Shown: positions 9,685 through 19,496 of the stretch, piece after piece
How the letters are laid out: every line of letters starts with the position of its first letter
Numbering within the stretch: position 1 is the first letter of the stretch
NCBI GenBank assembly: GCA_963840965.1
Contig: CAWJAW010000002.1
Coordinates: forward strand, 328,185-392,184
DNA from: an uncultured Bacteroidales bacterium
Lineage (GTDB): Bacteria > Bacteroidota > Bacteroidia > Bacteroidales > VadinHA17
Reading direction: 5' to 3'
Length of the DNA: 64,000 nt
The notes under the pieces: model-generated
The model's input: the letters and a program-made list of their open reading frames with translations, nothing else
Told to the model about the DNA's origin: nothing
The model's database searches: none
Position numbers and translations under genes: made by a program

Positions 9685-10932
9685 ATGAAAGCAATTATTT
9701 CGTTATTAATTATGGGCGGCCTTCTCTTCAGCTACAATCAGGTTGCTGACGCCCAGGTTAAAGATCCTGTAAAAAAGACGGAAAAGGAGGGCGAGCAAAG
9801 GGTTAACAGAGGTATTGACAAAACTATTGACAAGGGTTTCGACAAGCTTGAAGAAGGTATAGGAGGACTGTTTAAGAAAAAAAAGAAAGATAAGGACGAC
9901 AAGGGTGAGGCAACAAACGATGAAGGGCAGGCAGCTGAAACAAAACAAGCTGATACTGAAGGCTCTTCCGCAGAAAAGTCAAGCGGTCCTGCTCTGAACT
10001 GGGCTAAATATGACTTTGTTCCCGGCGACAAAGTAATTTATGAAGATAATCTCACAGGCGAGGAGAACGGAGAGTTTCCTTCACGATGGGATCTGCACGA
10101 CGGGAGTATTGAGGTAGCTGCCCTTGACGGTGAAAATGTCATTATGTTCAGGGAGTATGGCTCTACAATCGTCCCTTATATCGAAAAATCGGAATCAGAC
10201 TATCTGCCTGACATATTCACCGTTGAGTTTGATGCCTTTATCCCCCACGATTATATTGCAATTGCGTTTTTTGATAAGAAGAACCAGAGTACTCCCCGGG
10301 GAAGTAACTATCTATACGTAAGGGGATACGGAATGGAACTTAACCCGGCATCCAGCGATCTCCCCGACGGTAAAAACTTTGACAACAGCTGGATCCATGT
10401 TGCCATAGCATACACCAGCGGCAAAATGAAAGCATATATCAACGAAACAAGGTTGATAAATATACCTCGCCTCAGCTTTGATCCCACCGGAATATCTATC
10501 ATGGCAACCCATGCAGGAGATAAGTCACATTATTACATTAAAAATGTAAGGATAGCTGAAGGAGGCGTAAAATACTATGACCGCTTCATGCAGGACGGTA
10601 AGATCATTGCCAACGGAATTCGCTTTGACGTCAATAAAGCTACCCTGAAGCCTGAGTCAATGGGTGTTATAAACGAGATCGCCACCCTGATGAAGGACCA
10701 TCCGGAGGTTAACTTCAGTGTAGAAGGTCATACTGACAGCAACGGTGATGACGCTTTCAATCAGACTCTTTCGGAACAACGTGCAGAAACTGTAGTCAAC
10801 ACACTGAAGGAAATGGGTATCGACGACAGCCGGATGACCTCAAAAGGTTGGGGTGAAAGCAAACCTCTGGACACCAATGCCACAGCGGAGGGCAAAGCTA
10901 ATAACAGGCGTGTGGAGTTTGTAAAACTTTAA
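9685..10932 (+). CDS. Secreted OmpA-family protein: signal peptide, K/D/E-rich linker, central beta-rich domain, C-terminal OmpA-like peptidoglycan-binding domain
   Basis: The C-terminus FSVEGHTDSNGDDAFNQTLSEQRAETVVNTLKEMGIDDSRMTSKGWGESKPLDTNATAEGKANNRRVEFVKL is a classic OmpA_C/MotB motif. The N-terminus is hydrophobic, followed by a KKKKKDKDDKGE low-complexity stretch. Confidence 0.85.
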   Translation: MKAIISLLIMGGLLFSYNQVADAQVKDPVKKTEKEGEQRVNRGIDKTIDKGFDKLEEGIGGLFKKKKKDKDDKGEATNDEGQAAETKQADTEGSSAEKSSGPALNWAKYDFVPGDKVIYEDNLTGEENGEFPSRWDLHDGSIEVAALDGENVIMFREYGSTIVPYIEKSESDYLPDIFTVEFDAFIPHDYIAIAFFDKKNQSTPRGSNYLYVRGYGMELNPASSDLPDGKNFDNSWIHVAIAYTSGKMKAYINETRLINIPRLSFDPTGISIMATHAGDKSHYYIKNVRIAEGGVKYYDRFMQDGKIIANGIRFDVNKATLKPESMGVINEIATLMKDHPEVNFSVEGHTDSNGDDAFNQTLSEQRAETVVNTLKEMGIDDSRMTSKGWGESKPLDTNATAEGKANNRRVEFVKL

Positions 10933-10977
10933 GAATATTAAATCCTTTTATTAAGACACCTTAAAATATCATTTAAA

Positions 10978-11556
10978 ATGAGAAAATTAATTATTGTTGC
11001 AGCAGCCTTCCTGCTGGCAGTACCTGCATTAGCCCAGTTCAGGGCAAAAATGTATTTTACCAGCATGGGCAAAGATCATGTTTTTACTGTCTTTTCGTCG
11101 GATACCGGTTATCGTTACGAATTCAATGAAGACGGCCAGGAAGGTGTGATAATAGCTAAAACGGGCTCCCCGGAAATCTATATCCTGATGCCGCAACAAA
11201 AGATAGCTATGAAGAGTTCCACCACTGACAAGATGAGTATGGGGAACGATCCTGTTGCTTCTTATAAGTATTATCTGAACCAGGGTACCATGAAAGCAGA
11301 AGGGGAAGAAACCGTAAACGGCATTAAATGCACCCGAACAGGACTCTGGAATAAGGAAAATCCCAGTCAGAAAATGTTTACGGTATGGACTTCTGATAAA
11401 TACAACTTCCCGCTAAAAATGATCAACCATATCGACGGTTCAGCCGATGGATCTGTAATGGAACTCAAAGATATAGAATCATGGTCTCCCACTACGGAGA
11501 GTTACGAGATACCTCAGGGATACCAGGTGATGGATATGCCGAATATGATGCCTTAA
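10978..11556 (+). CDS. Hypothetical secreted protein; LolA/DUF4412-like fold is only a guess
   Basis: Signal peptide MRKLIIVAAAFLLAVPALAQ. 192 aa with no catalytic motif recognised. Confidence 0.6.
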   Translation: MRKLIIVAAAFLLAVPALAQFRAKMYFTSMGKDHVFTVFSSDTGYRYEFNEDGQEGVIIAKTGSPEIYILMPQQKIAMKSSTTDKMSMGNDPVASYKYYLNQGTMKAEGEETVNGIKCTRTGLWNKENPSQKMFTVWTSDKYNFPLKMINHIDGSADGSVMELKDIESWSPTTESYEIPQGYQVMDMPNMMP

Positions 11557-11575
11557 TTTATAAATATATGAAATA

Positions 11576-12493
11576 ATGAAAATATATCTGCCGATCCTGC
11601 TAAGTCTGTTCCTGTTCTCCGGTCCTAAAGAAATAAAACAACCAGAGAACACAATATGCATCAACGAAAAACCCACATATGCAATACTTGAAAATATATT
11701 AAAGCCAGAGGGCTTCCTTCCCGTCCTTGTCTCTTTCCAAAGTGATTATATTAAATGCCACCTGATAATAGATCATCAGTTTGATTACAGCAATCCCATG
11801 GTTAACTATAAAATATCCGTAACGGGCAGAATTCCTGTTCAATATGAGGAGAATTTTGCTGTAAAGGTCAGACTAAATGGCAAGGAGTATATTGATTTAG
11901 CATCTACACTGACAGGAAGCGGGAACCTTAAAGTCTCCGGAAGAGGTAATATGAGTGCAGGATCTTTTAAAGTCAATAAGATCAATTATGATTCGCAAAT
12001 ACATGTTAACCTACGGGGGAAAACACGTTATCTGGAACAGGAAGATGGAAGTGTCATACCGGTAATGAATCTGGCTCTTGACGAAAACTGGAACGGAGAT
12101 CTTAATTGGGATATTGAAACTTCAGATCCTGAAAATGATGATCTCAGATATAATATGTTCAAAAAAATTGTACCCACAAAGATCCCTGACTCACCGCATA
12201 CAGGAAAAACCCTGGAATACATAACAGGCTATTTATATGAAGATCAGACCTTCCAGACTGTATCTTCAGTTCCCGGAATGGGCACATTCCGGTGGCGTTA
12301 TACAATCAGCTACTCCTATGTTAAGGATAAATATAATACAGAACCAAAACTAACTGTGAATCCGAAAAATAAACAATTGAATTTCGATGACAAAAGGCCC
12401 AAGCCAAAGGATTATGTAAAAACGTATGAACCCAGGCTGGGGCCGCCTCTTGAAAGCATTGTGTGGGAGATAATTGATCTGGACAAATTATAA
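11576..12493 (+). CDS. Hypothetical exported protein (305 aa), no recognisable domain
   Basis: Hydrophobic N-terminus MKIYLPILLSLFLFSG. Long uninterrupted ORF on the same strand as its neighbours. Confidence 0.6.
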   Translation: MKIYLPILLSLFLFSGPKEIKQPENTICINEKPTYAILENILKPEGFLPVLVSFQSDYIKCHLIIDHQFDYSNPMVNYKISVTGRIPVQYEENFAVKVRLNGKEYIDLASTLTGSGNLKVSGRGNMSAGSFKVNKINYDSQIHVNLRGKTRYLEQEDGSVIPVMNLALDENWNGDLNWDIETSDPENDDLRYNMFKKIVPTKIPDSPHTGKTLEYITGYLYEDQTFQTVSSVPGMGTFRWRYTISYSYVKDKYNTEPKLTVNPKNKQLNFDDKRPKPKDYVKTYEPRLGPPLESIVWEIIDLDKL

Positions 12494-12559
12494 TCCGGTA
12501 TCAATAAGAAATCAATTGTAATTCGGTTCTGATAGAATATACCAACCAATTAATAAATA

Positions 12560-12838
12560 ATGAAAAAGTTAGCAGTATTTACAACTCTGCTGATTATCAG
12601 TTTCATGAATATCACCATAAAAGCATCGAATGATAGTCCTGAAATGATTTCCACAGATATTTTCTCTGATGGTTGTACTCATGAAGTTAGCCAGCCACAC
12701 TGCACTGATAATCCCACACCTGCAGCTGGCGGATGGAACGGCACCCTTAATTTTGAGTTTACAACTCAGTTTGACTGTATCTATAATAATTGGGTCAATC
12801 AGGGAATTCATCAGTTCAAACCAGCAGCAAAAAGATAA
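12560..12838 (+). CDS. Hypothetical small secreted Cys-containing protein; possibly the 5' part of a frameshifted longer gene extending to 13037
   Basis: Signal peptide MKKLAVFTTLLIISFMNITIKA. The ORF stops 3 nt after an A5 run (12829-12833). A second frame continues to 13037 with protein-like sequence. Confidence 0.5.
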   Translation: MKKLAVFTTLLIISFMNITIKASNDSPEMISTDIFSDGCTHEVSQPHCTDNPTPAAGGWNGTLNFEFTTQFDCIYNNWVNQGIHQFKPAAKR

Positions 12839-13124
12839 CACCTGGTCTGAAAAAATGACTATTGCAATTCCATTGCAGATCCATCTGGAAGGGAGCATGA
12901 GTACTGGTGAAAACGGATCAGGAACCATTGTCGCATCTTTCACCGGTAAAGAAGATTTACCTAACGGCAAACCATCATCCTTCGGATGCCCTCCAAAAAT
13001 CAGTATTAAAAACTGCAGATTAACACTTAACAGATAATAAAAAATCAGGTTAAAGACGGCCTGATTATTGTTATTGGACATTTTTCAGAAAGTAGTAACT
13101 TTATATGCTTAATTACAAAAAGGA

Positions 13125-14750
13125 ATGAAGAAATTATTAATAATCTCAATACTGATCATGACCCAGGCACACAACTTGTCTGCCGACACAGAAAAAGACA
13201 TTAAGGCAGTTATTAAGAATGTTACCGTATACCCCGACAGGGCACAGGTGAACCACGAGGGCAGCTTCGATCTGACGGCAGGAACATCCATTCTCAAGCT
13301 CGGATCCCTCTCGCCGTATATCGATCCGGGAAGCATCCAGGCAAAGGGTTTCGGCGATTTCACCATCCTTTCCGTGAATCACAGGAATAATTACCTTGAA
13401 AATCTCGAGGCTATACCCGAAGTGAAAACCATCCGGAGCCAGATTGAAGCCCTGCAGCTCAAGGTCGAGGATGAAAAGGCAGCAATCTCGGTTCTGAGTG
13501 AGAAAGAAGCCTTTCTGGTAGCCAACAGGGCCATCCTTGTAAAGGAAACCACATTTTCGATCGAGCAGCTTAAGACTGTGATGGAACTCTATACCAACAA
13601 CATGGAACAGGTCAAGACCACCGTACTTAAGAAAACAAGGCTCATCAAAGATTATGAGAAACAGATTGAAGCCCTTCAGAAGCAGATCTCCGAGAAATTC
13701 GGGAAACAGCAGCTTCCCTCGGGCGAAATATCCGTTACCGTTTCAGCTGAAAAACCTGTTTCAGGAAAACTTGCCATCAGTTATGTGGTGAACAATGCCG
13801 GATGGTATCCTTCATACGATATCAGGGTTGACAATATAGCCAAACCGGTTACCATTTACTACAAGGCAAATGTCTTTCAGAAAACTGGTGTGACCTGGAA
13901 GGACGTAAAACTCAGTTTCTCAAATGCAACGCCATGGGTGTCGGGCGACATTCCTGTCCTGTATCCGTGGTTTATTGACTATTTCGTTCCGGCCCCCGAA
14001 CCAAGGGTCATGATCAGGGGAGCCAAATCAATGGAGAAGAGGGTAGAGGTCGCCGAATTAAACGAGACAGTTATGGTCGATCAGGAAGCGATGGATCAGT
14101 ATGCCGAAGCTGCACCGGTGGCAATCGAAAAAACCGTCGGTGAAACCACGGTATCCTTCGATGTGGCGGCGCCCTATACAATAGAACCCGACGGCAAGGT
14201 TCAGACTATCGAGATCCAGCGCACCACCACCCCGGCAGAATACAAATACGTTACAGTTCCAAAGCTTTCACCCCTTGCATACCTTACCGCCAATATTTCC
14301 GGATGGGCTGAACAAAACCTTATCGGAGGTGAAGCAACTTTATACTTTGAAAACACTTTCGTGGGAAAATCATTCCTGAATGTGAACCAGCTGAAAGACA
14401 CCCTCACTGTTTCGCTCGGAAATGACAACAGCATACTTGTGAAAAGAGAAAAAAGAAAGGACTTCACGAGCAGGAGGACTTTCGGCTCCAACCTTACGGA
14501 GACCTATTCATTCCTTATCACGGTACGAAACAATAAGTCCAATCCGATAAGGATCACCGTCAACGATCAGATTCCGCTGTCATCCAACAGCGCGATAGAG
14601 GTTGAAACAGAAGAGCTTTCAGGCGGTAATTATAACAGGCAGACCGGTGAAATAAGCTGGGACCTTGAAATCAAACCTCAGGAGACCAGGGAGATTATAC
14701 TGACATACTCGGTTAAATATCCAAAAGACAAGACCATAATTCTCGAATAA
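13125..14750 (+). CDS. DUF4139/DUF4140 (MuiA-like) family exported protein
   Basis: 541 aa with a signal peptide. The N-terminal pattern VTVYPDRAQVNHEGSFDLTAGTSILKLGSLSPYIDPGSIQAKG, a central coiled coil, and the C-terminal WDLEIKPQETREIILTYSVKYPKD resemble this family. The assignment is from memory only. Confidence 0.65.
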   Translation: MKKLLIISILIMTQAHNLSADTEKDIKAVIKNVTVYPDRAQVNHEGSFDLTAGTSILKLGSLSPYIDPGSIQAKGFGDFTILSVNHRNNYLENLEAIPEVKTIRSQIEALQLKVEDEKAAISVLSEKEAFLVANRAILVKETTFSIEQLKTVMELYTNNMEQVKTTVLKKTRLIKDYEKQIEALQKQISEKFGKQQLPSGEISVTVSAEKPVSGKLAISYVVNNAGWYPSYDIRVDNIAKPVTIYYKANVFQKTGVTWKDVKLSFSNATPWVSGDIPVLYPWFIDYFVPAPEPRVMIRGAKSMEKRVEVAELNETVMVDQEAMDQYAEAAPVAIEKTVGETTVSFDVAAPYTIEPDGKVQTIEIQRTTTPAEYKYVTVPKLSPLAYLTANISGWAEQNLIGGEATLYFENTFVGKSFLNVNQLKDTLTVSLGNDNSILVKREKRKDFTSRRTFGSNLTETYSFLITVRNNKSNPIRITVNDQIPLSSNSAIEVETEELSGGNYNRQTGEISWDLEIKPQETREIILTYSVKYPKDKTIILE

Positions 14751-14762
14751 AGACCTGAAAAA

Positions 14763-15137
14763 ATGAAAATTATTGGAAACCTCATCTGGCTTATATTTGG
14801 AGGTATCATTATCGCAATTGAGTACTTTATCGGAAGCATTATCCTTATGCTTACAATCGTAGGTATCCCTTTTGCTCTCCAGACACTCAAAATGGGATCA
14901 TTGTCATTGTGGCCTTTCGGCAGGACAAGCAGGATGGAACCACACGGCTCAGGCTGCCTTTATGTTTTCATGAACGTACTCTGGCTTATATGCGGCGGCA
15001 TCTGGATTGCACTGACACATGCCTTCTTCGGAGTCCTGCTCTATATTACAATAATCGGTATCCCCTTCGGTAACCAGCACTTTAAGCTTACCGAAGTGGC
15101 TATCAATCCTTTCGGACGACGCATCATCCACATCTGA
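14763..15137 (+). CDS. yccF: YccF-family (DUF307) inner membrane protein
   Basis: 124 aa with the duplicated motif IVGIPFALQTLKMGSLSLWPFGR / IIGIPFGNQHFKLTEVAINPFGRR, as in E. coli YccF. Confidence 0.8.
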   Translation: MKIIGNLIWLIFGGIIIAIEYFIGSIILMLTIVGIPFALQTLKMGSLSLWPFGRTSRMEPHGSGCLYVFMNVLWLICGGIWIALTHAFFGVLLYITIIGIPFGNQHFKLTEVAINPFGRRIIHI

Positions 15138-15173
15138 TGCACGATAAAGTTCATATAAAGAGAAACCATATTT

Positions 15174-16211
15174 ATGAGCGATTCTGAGACCAGTAATACA
15201 TCAGCCGGCCGGTTCAGCAAATTCGGACTTATTGAACATATAACCCGGGCAACGGCAATTTACAACAAGAGCACCGTTTCCGGCACAGGCGATGATTCAG
15301 CGGTCATCGACTCCGGTACTGAACTTACACTGGTGTCAACCGATCTTCTTCTCGAAGGGATCCATTTCAACCTTGTTTACACGCCTCTGAAGCACCTCGG
15401 ATACAAGGCTGTTATCAGAGCCATCTCGGATATTTATGCCATGAATGGTACTCCGGAACAGATACTGATTGCGGTTGGGATCAGTTCAAGGTTCAGGGTG
15501 GAACATTTGGAGGAGCTTTACGAAGGCATCGGGCTTGCATGCAAGAGATACAGGACAGACCTGGCAGGAGGAGACACAACCAGTTCCCTAACTGGCATGA
15601 CAATCGGAGTAACTGCCATCGGACGGGCCGGCCGCGATAATATAGTACGCAGAAACGGCGCCAGACCCAATGACCTGATATGCGCAACTGGAAGTTTCGG
15701 AGCTTCCTACATGGGGCTCCAGGTCCTTGAACGCGAAAGGAAGATTTTCGATAAGGATAATCCGGTCCAGCCCGACCTGTCAGGCTATGAATACATTATT
15801 GAGCGCCAGCTGAAACCGGAATTCCCCGAAAAGGTACTGAAGGATCTGGCTGCCGGCAATATACTGCCGACCTCCATGATTGATGTTTCCGACGGACTTG
15901 CCTCCGACCTGATTCACCTATGCAGGATGTCGGGTACAGGCTGCAGGATCTACCACGAGAGGATCCCGGTCGATAATGAAACATGGAAAAGTGCTGAGGA
16001 GTTTAATATTGACCCCATGATTCCGGCCCTCAACGGCGGGGAGGATTATGAGCTGCTGTTCACCGTACCACTGGAATATGCGGAAACAATCCTTACAATA
16101 CCAGACGTCACTCTGATAGGTCACATGACAGTTAAGGAGCAGGGATGCTTCCTGGTTACCGGCGAAGGCAATGAGGTGGAACTAAGGGCACAGGGATGGG
16201 AAAAGGAATAG
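15174..16211 (+). CDS. thiL: Thiamine-monophosphate kinase
   Basis: AIR-synthase-like fold motifs GDDSAVI, STDLLLEGIHF, GYKAVIRAISDIYAMNG, GGDTTSS, DVSDGLASDL and NGGEDYELLFTV. Confidence 0.85.
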   Translation: MSDSETSNTSAGRFSKFGLIEHITRATAIYNKSTVSGTGDDSAVIDSGTELTLVSTDLLLEGIHFNLVYTPLKHLGYKAVIRAISDIYAMNGTPEQILIAVGISSRFRVEHLEELYEGIGLACKRYRTDLAGGDTTSSLTGMTIGVTAIGRAGRDNIVRRNGARPNDLICATGSFGASYMGLQVLERERKIFDKDNPVQPDLSGYEYIIERQLKPEFPEKVLKDLAAGNILPTSMIDVSDGLASDLIHLCRMSGTGCRIYHERIPVDNETWKSAEEFNIDPMIPALNGGEDYELLFTVPLEYAETILTIPDVTLIGHMTVKEQGCFLVTGEGNEVELRAQGWEKE

Positions 16212-16215
16212 TCTG

Positions 16216-16992
16216 CTAACGCGGGCCGCGTATTATTCCTCTTTCCGATTTGCGGATGAAATCAATTATGTAATCGCGGTCATCCGACGGAGTGAATTCC
16301 TTTTCAATATAATCAAGAGCCTGGGATACATTCATCCCGTTCTGATAAACAGCCCTGTAAATGTTGTGAATATTGTCGATCCTCTCTTTCTGAAAGCCCC
16401 GCCTTGTAAGACCGACGGTATTAAGCCCGAGATAAGTCAAGGGGTCCCGGTCAGCCTTGATAAAGGGAGGAACGTCGGTCCTGACCTTTGAACCGCCTCC
16501 GATAATTACATGTCCCCCGATCCTTGCAAACTGGTGCACAAGTGTTCCCGCGCTGAGTATGGCCCAGTCGTCAACCTTCACTTCGCCTGCCAGTCCTGAA
16601 GTGTTGCCCAGAATACAGTTGTTACCCACAATACAGTCGTGCCCGACATGGGCATATGCCATGATGAGGCAATTGGCGCCGATAATTGTCCTTCCGGCAG
16701 ATGCAGTACCACGGTTTACAGTTGCTGCTTCCCTTATTGTGGTTCCGTCTCCGATCTCGGCGGTTGTGTCCTCTCCGATGAATTTAAGATCCTGGGGTAT
16801 GCCTGAAATAACCGCTGATGGAAAAACCTTACAATTCCTTCCTATCCTTGCGCCATAAAGCACAGTAGCATTGGGGCCTATCCAGGTTCCTTCACCTATT
16901 TCAACATAAGCATCGATATAAGCGAACGGCTCCACCGTAACGTTGTCCGCCAGTCTGGCCCTTGGATTGACATATGCTAAATTGGAGACCAT
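16216..16992 (-). CDS. lpxA: Acyl-ACP--UDP-GlcNAc O-acyltransferase LpxA
   Basis: 258 aa. Hexapeptide-repeat left-handed beta-helix followed by a helical C-terminal domain. It is the last gene of the lpxD-lpxC/fabZ-lpxA cluster. Confidence 0.9.
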   Translation of the reverse strand: MVSNLAYVNPRARLADNVTVEPFAYIDAYVEIGEGTWIGPNATVLYGARIGRNCKVFPSAVISGIPQDLKFIGEDTTAEIGDGTTIREAATVNRGTASAGRTIIGANCLIMAYAHVGHDCIVGNNCILGNTSGLAGEVKVDDWAILSAGTLVHQFARIGGHVIIGGGSKVRTDVPPFIKADRDPLTYLGLNTVGLTRRGFQKERIDNIHNIYRAVYQNGMNVSQALDYIEKEFTPSDDRDYIIDFIRKSERGIIRGPR

Positions 16993-17000
16993 TATGCTGA

Positions 17001-18395
17001 TTATTTGTTTTTTACCACCTGTGCCGTCATCTCTCCTTCAGCAACAAGACGATTTCCCACATAGGCGTGTCCGAACATGATGACTATTCCCCTTCTCATT
17101 GGCTCTATCATCTCCATCTTAAGAATCATTGTGTCGCCCGGCACTACTTTATGCTTGAATTTGAGCTTGTCTATCTTAAGAAAATAAGTTGAATACCTCT
17201 CTGGTTCTTCAACGGCGCTCAAAACGAGGATACCTCCGCACTGAGCCAGCGCTTCAACAATAAGAACACCCGGCATCACCGGTTCGTCAGGAAAATGACC
17301 CTGAAAAAACGGCTCATCGAACGTCACATTCTTGATGCCGACAACCGATGTTTCGTCAAGAAAGATAATCTTATCGACAAGCAGGAATGGATGCCGGTGA
17401 GGCAATCTCTTCTTTATATCTTCCAGTGTGTAAACAGGGGGTTCCGAAGGATCGTAGGCAGGAATGTCAAGTTTCGATTGTGATTTTTTTATCTCCTGCC
17501 TTATCAGTCTTGCAAGCCTGGTATTTGCAAAATGGCCGGGGCGTGTAGCCACAACCTTACCCTTCAGAGGCTGGCCTGCCAGCGCAAGGTCGCCCATTAT
17601 GTCGAGAAGTTTGTGCCTTGCCGGTTCATTCGTATATCTCAGCTCGGTGTTGTTCAGGACACCTGCAGTATGCTTTGTTATACCCGGTCTGTTGAACAGC
17701 CTGGCAATCCTGTCGATCTCTTCCTGTTCAACCTCCTTTTCAAGAATAACGACAGCGTTGTCAAGATCGCCTCCCTTGATCAGCCCAATCCTGTGAAGCG
17801 GCTCCAGCTCATGGAAAAATACGAAAGTCCGGCTCCTGCTTATCTCCTCCTCAAAATCGTCAATTGAATCGAGAATGGCATACTGATTCCCAAGTATCTT
17901 TGAGTTGTAGTCAATAAGCACATTAATGCTGAGATGATCGTCGGGATATATGATCAGATCGACTCCCTTTTCCTCATCTGAATAGGTAATCTTCTGCTTT
18001 ATTACGTAATAGTTACGCTCCTCCTTCAGTTCCCTGTAACCTGCTTCCTTGATAGCCTCGGTGAACTTCGAGGCAGCTCCTCCCATAATAGGAGCTTCAG
18101 GTCCGTTCAGTTCTATTAACGCGTTGTCGACCCTTAATCCGTGAAGTGATGCCAGCACATGCTCGATTGTCGATACCGAAGCCCCGTTCTGAGTCAGGGT
18201 GGTCCCTCTTGAAGTGTCGGTCACATTCTCGGCAATTGCATCAATAAGCGGCATACCCGGAAGATCTGTCCTGCAGAACTTGTATCCGTGATTTGCCGGT
18301 GCCGGTTTGAATGTAATGGTTACTTCAATCCCGGTATGTAATCCTTTTCCGCTAAGGATTACCTCTTTTGCAAGAGTTCTTTGTTTCTCGCTCAT
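17001..18395 (-). CDS. lpxC/fabZ: Bifunctional UDP-3-O-acyl-GlcNAc deacetylase / 3-hydroxyacyl-ACP dehydratase (LpxC-FabZ fusion)
   Basis: N-terminal LpxC (GKGLHTGIEV, TIEHVLASLHGL, HKLLDIMGDLAL) and C-terminal FabZ hotdog (LPHRHPFLLVDKI, FFQGHFPDEPVMPGVL). The likely start is ATG 18395 (MSEKQRT); the ORF extends to 18425. Confidence 0.92.
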   Translation of the reverse strand: MSEKQRTLAKEVILSGKGLHTGIEVTITFKPAPANHGYKFCRTDLPGMPLIDAIAENVTDTSRGTTLTQNGASVSTIEHVLASLHGLRVDNALIELNGPEAPIMGGAASKFTEAIKEAGYRELKEERNYYVIKQKITYSDEEKGVDLIIYPDDHLSINVLIDYNSKILGNQYAILDSIDDFEEEISRSRTFVFFHELEPLHRIGLIKGGDLDNAVVILEKEVEQEEIDRIARLFNRPGITKHTAGVLNNTELRYTNEPARHKLLDIMGDLALAGQPLKGKVVATRPGHFANTRLARLIRQEIKKSQSKLDIPAYDPSEPPVYTLEDIKKRLPHRHPFLLVDKIIFLDETSVVGIKNVTFDEPFFQGHFPDEPVMPGVLIVEALAQCGGILVLSAVEEPERYSTYFLKIDKLKFKHKVVPGDTMILKMEMIEPMRRGIVIMFGHAYVGNRLVAEGEMTAQVVKNK

Positions 18396-18453
18396 CAATC
18401 GTAAGGAATTTACATCCGGGTACAAAAAAAATCAAAAAAACCGAACATACAAA

Positions 18454-19491
18454 TTATTCTTCCTTAAGAAGCCTTATCTGCTTTTCCAGGTCCTCAACCT
18501 TTCTGTATATTTCAGGAAGGCGCTTGAAGATGATGGATGACCTAATGAAATCCCTGTGATCTATCGCCGGATAACCCAGAAGCACAGAGTTTTCCTTCTT
18601 AATATCGCCCGGGATACCAGACTGAGCACCAATTTTCGTACCGTCAGCTACTTTAATATGACCTGATAGTCCGACCTGTCCGCCGAACATGCAGTTTCTA
18701 CCAACCCTGGTCGAACCTGCAATACCGGTCTGGGCAGCCATTACGGTATTCTCGCCGATCTCCACATTATGCCCGACCTGGATAAGATTGTCAAGCTTGA
18801 CTCCCCTGCGTATTACGGTAGATCCCATTGTGGCCCTGTCGATGGTAACATTCGCCCCGATTTCCACATTGTCTTCGAGTATAACATTCCCCACCTGGGG
18901 GATCTTCATGAACTCCGTCTCCGACTGGGGGGCAAACCCGAAACCATCGCTTCCTATAACACTCCCTGCATGAACCGTGCAGTTATTACCTACTATACAG
19001 TCGTGGTAGATAACCACACCCGGATTCAATGTACACTTCTTCCCGAGCCTTGTATTGTCGCCAATATACACATTGGGATATAGAGAACACTCATCTTCTA
19101 CAACGCAGTTTTCACCGACGTAAACGAAGGGACCAATGTACACGTCCTTCCCTATTACCGCCGACGTCTCAATTACAGCCGTGGGATGAATGCCCTTCTT
19201 CACCGGCCTTGCCTGGTCGACAAGCTGAAGAAGGGAGGCAAAGGACTCATAGGCATTTTTAACCTTTATCAAAGTGGCTCCGATTTCCGCAACCGGCACA
19301 AAATCGCTGTTTACCAGAACTATCGATGATAAGGTGGTGTAGATGTAATGTTCATACTTTGGATTGGCAAGAAATGAGAGGGCACCCGGGTGACCTTCCT
19401 CAATCTTTGCAATTGTATTTACCCTGACTTCCGGATCCCCCACTATCTCACCCTTCAGGAATCCGGCAAGGGTAGCAGCATTAAATTCCAT
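18454..19491 (-). CDS. lpxD: UDP-3-O-acylglucosamine N-acyltransferase LpxD
   Basis: N-terminal uridine-binding region followed by a long hexapeptide-repeat helix. I place the start at ATG 19491 ([19 protein letters not shown]), 5 nt after the upstream stop; the ORF extends to 19527. Confidence 0.9.
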   Translation of the reverse strand: MEFNAATLAGFLKGEIVGDPEVRVNTIAKIEEGHPGALSFLANPKYEHYIYTTLSSIVLVNSDFVPVAEIGATLIKVKNAYESFASLLQLVDQARPVKKGIHPTAVIETSAVIGKDVYIGPFVYVGENCVVEDECSLYPNVYIGDNTRLGKKCTLNPGVVIYHDCIVGNNCTVHAGSVIGSDGFGFAPQSETEFMKIPQVGNVILEDNVEIGANVTIDRATMGSTVIRRGVKLDNLIQVGHNVEIGENTVMAAQTGIAGSTRVGRNCMFGGQVGLSGHIKVADGTKIGAQSGIPGDIKKENSVLLGYPAIDHRDFIRSSIIFKRLPEIYRKVEDLEKQIRLLKEE

Positions 19492-19496
19492 ATAGC

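Noticed and set aside
17001-18425. LpxC-FabZ fusion protein as a possible novelty
   Set aside because: The bifunctional lpxC/fabZ gene is a well-known, conserved feature of Bacteroidota. It is useful as a taxonomic marker but is not new.
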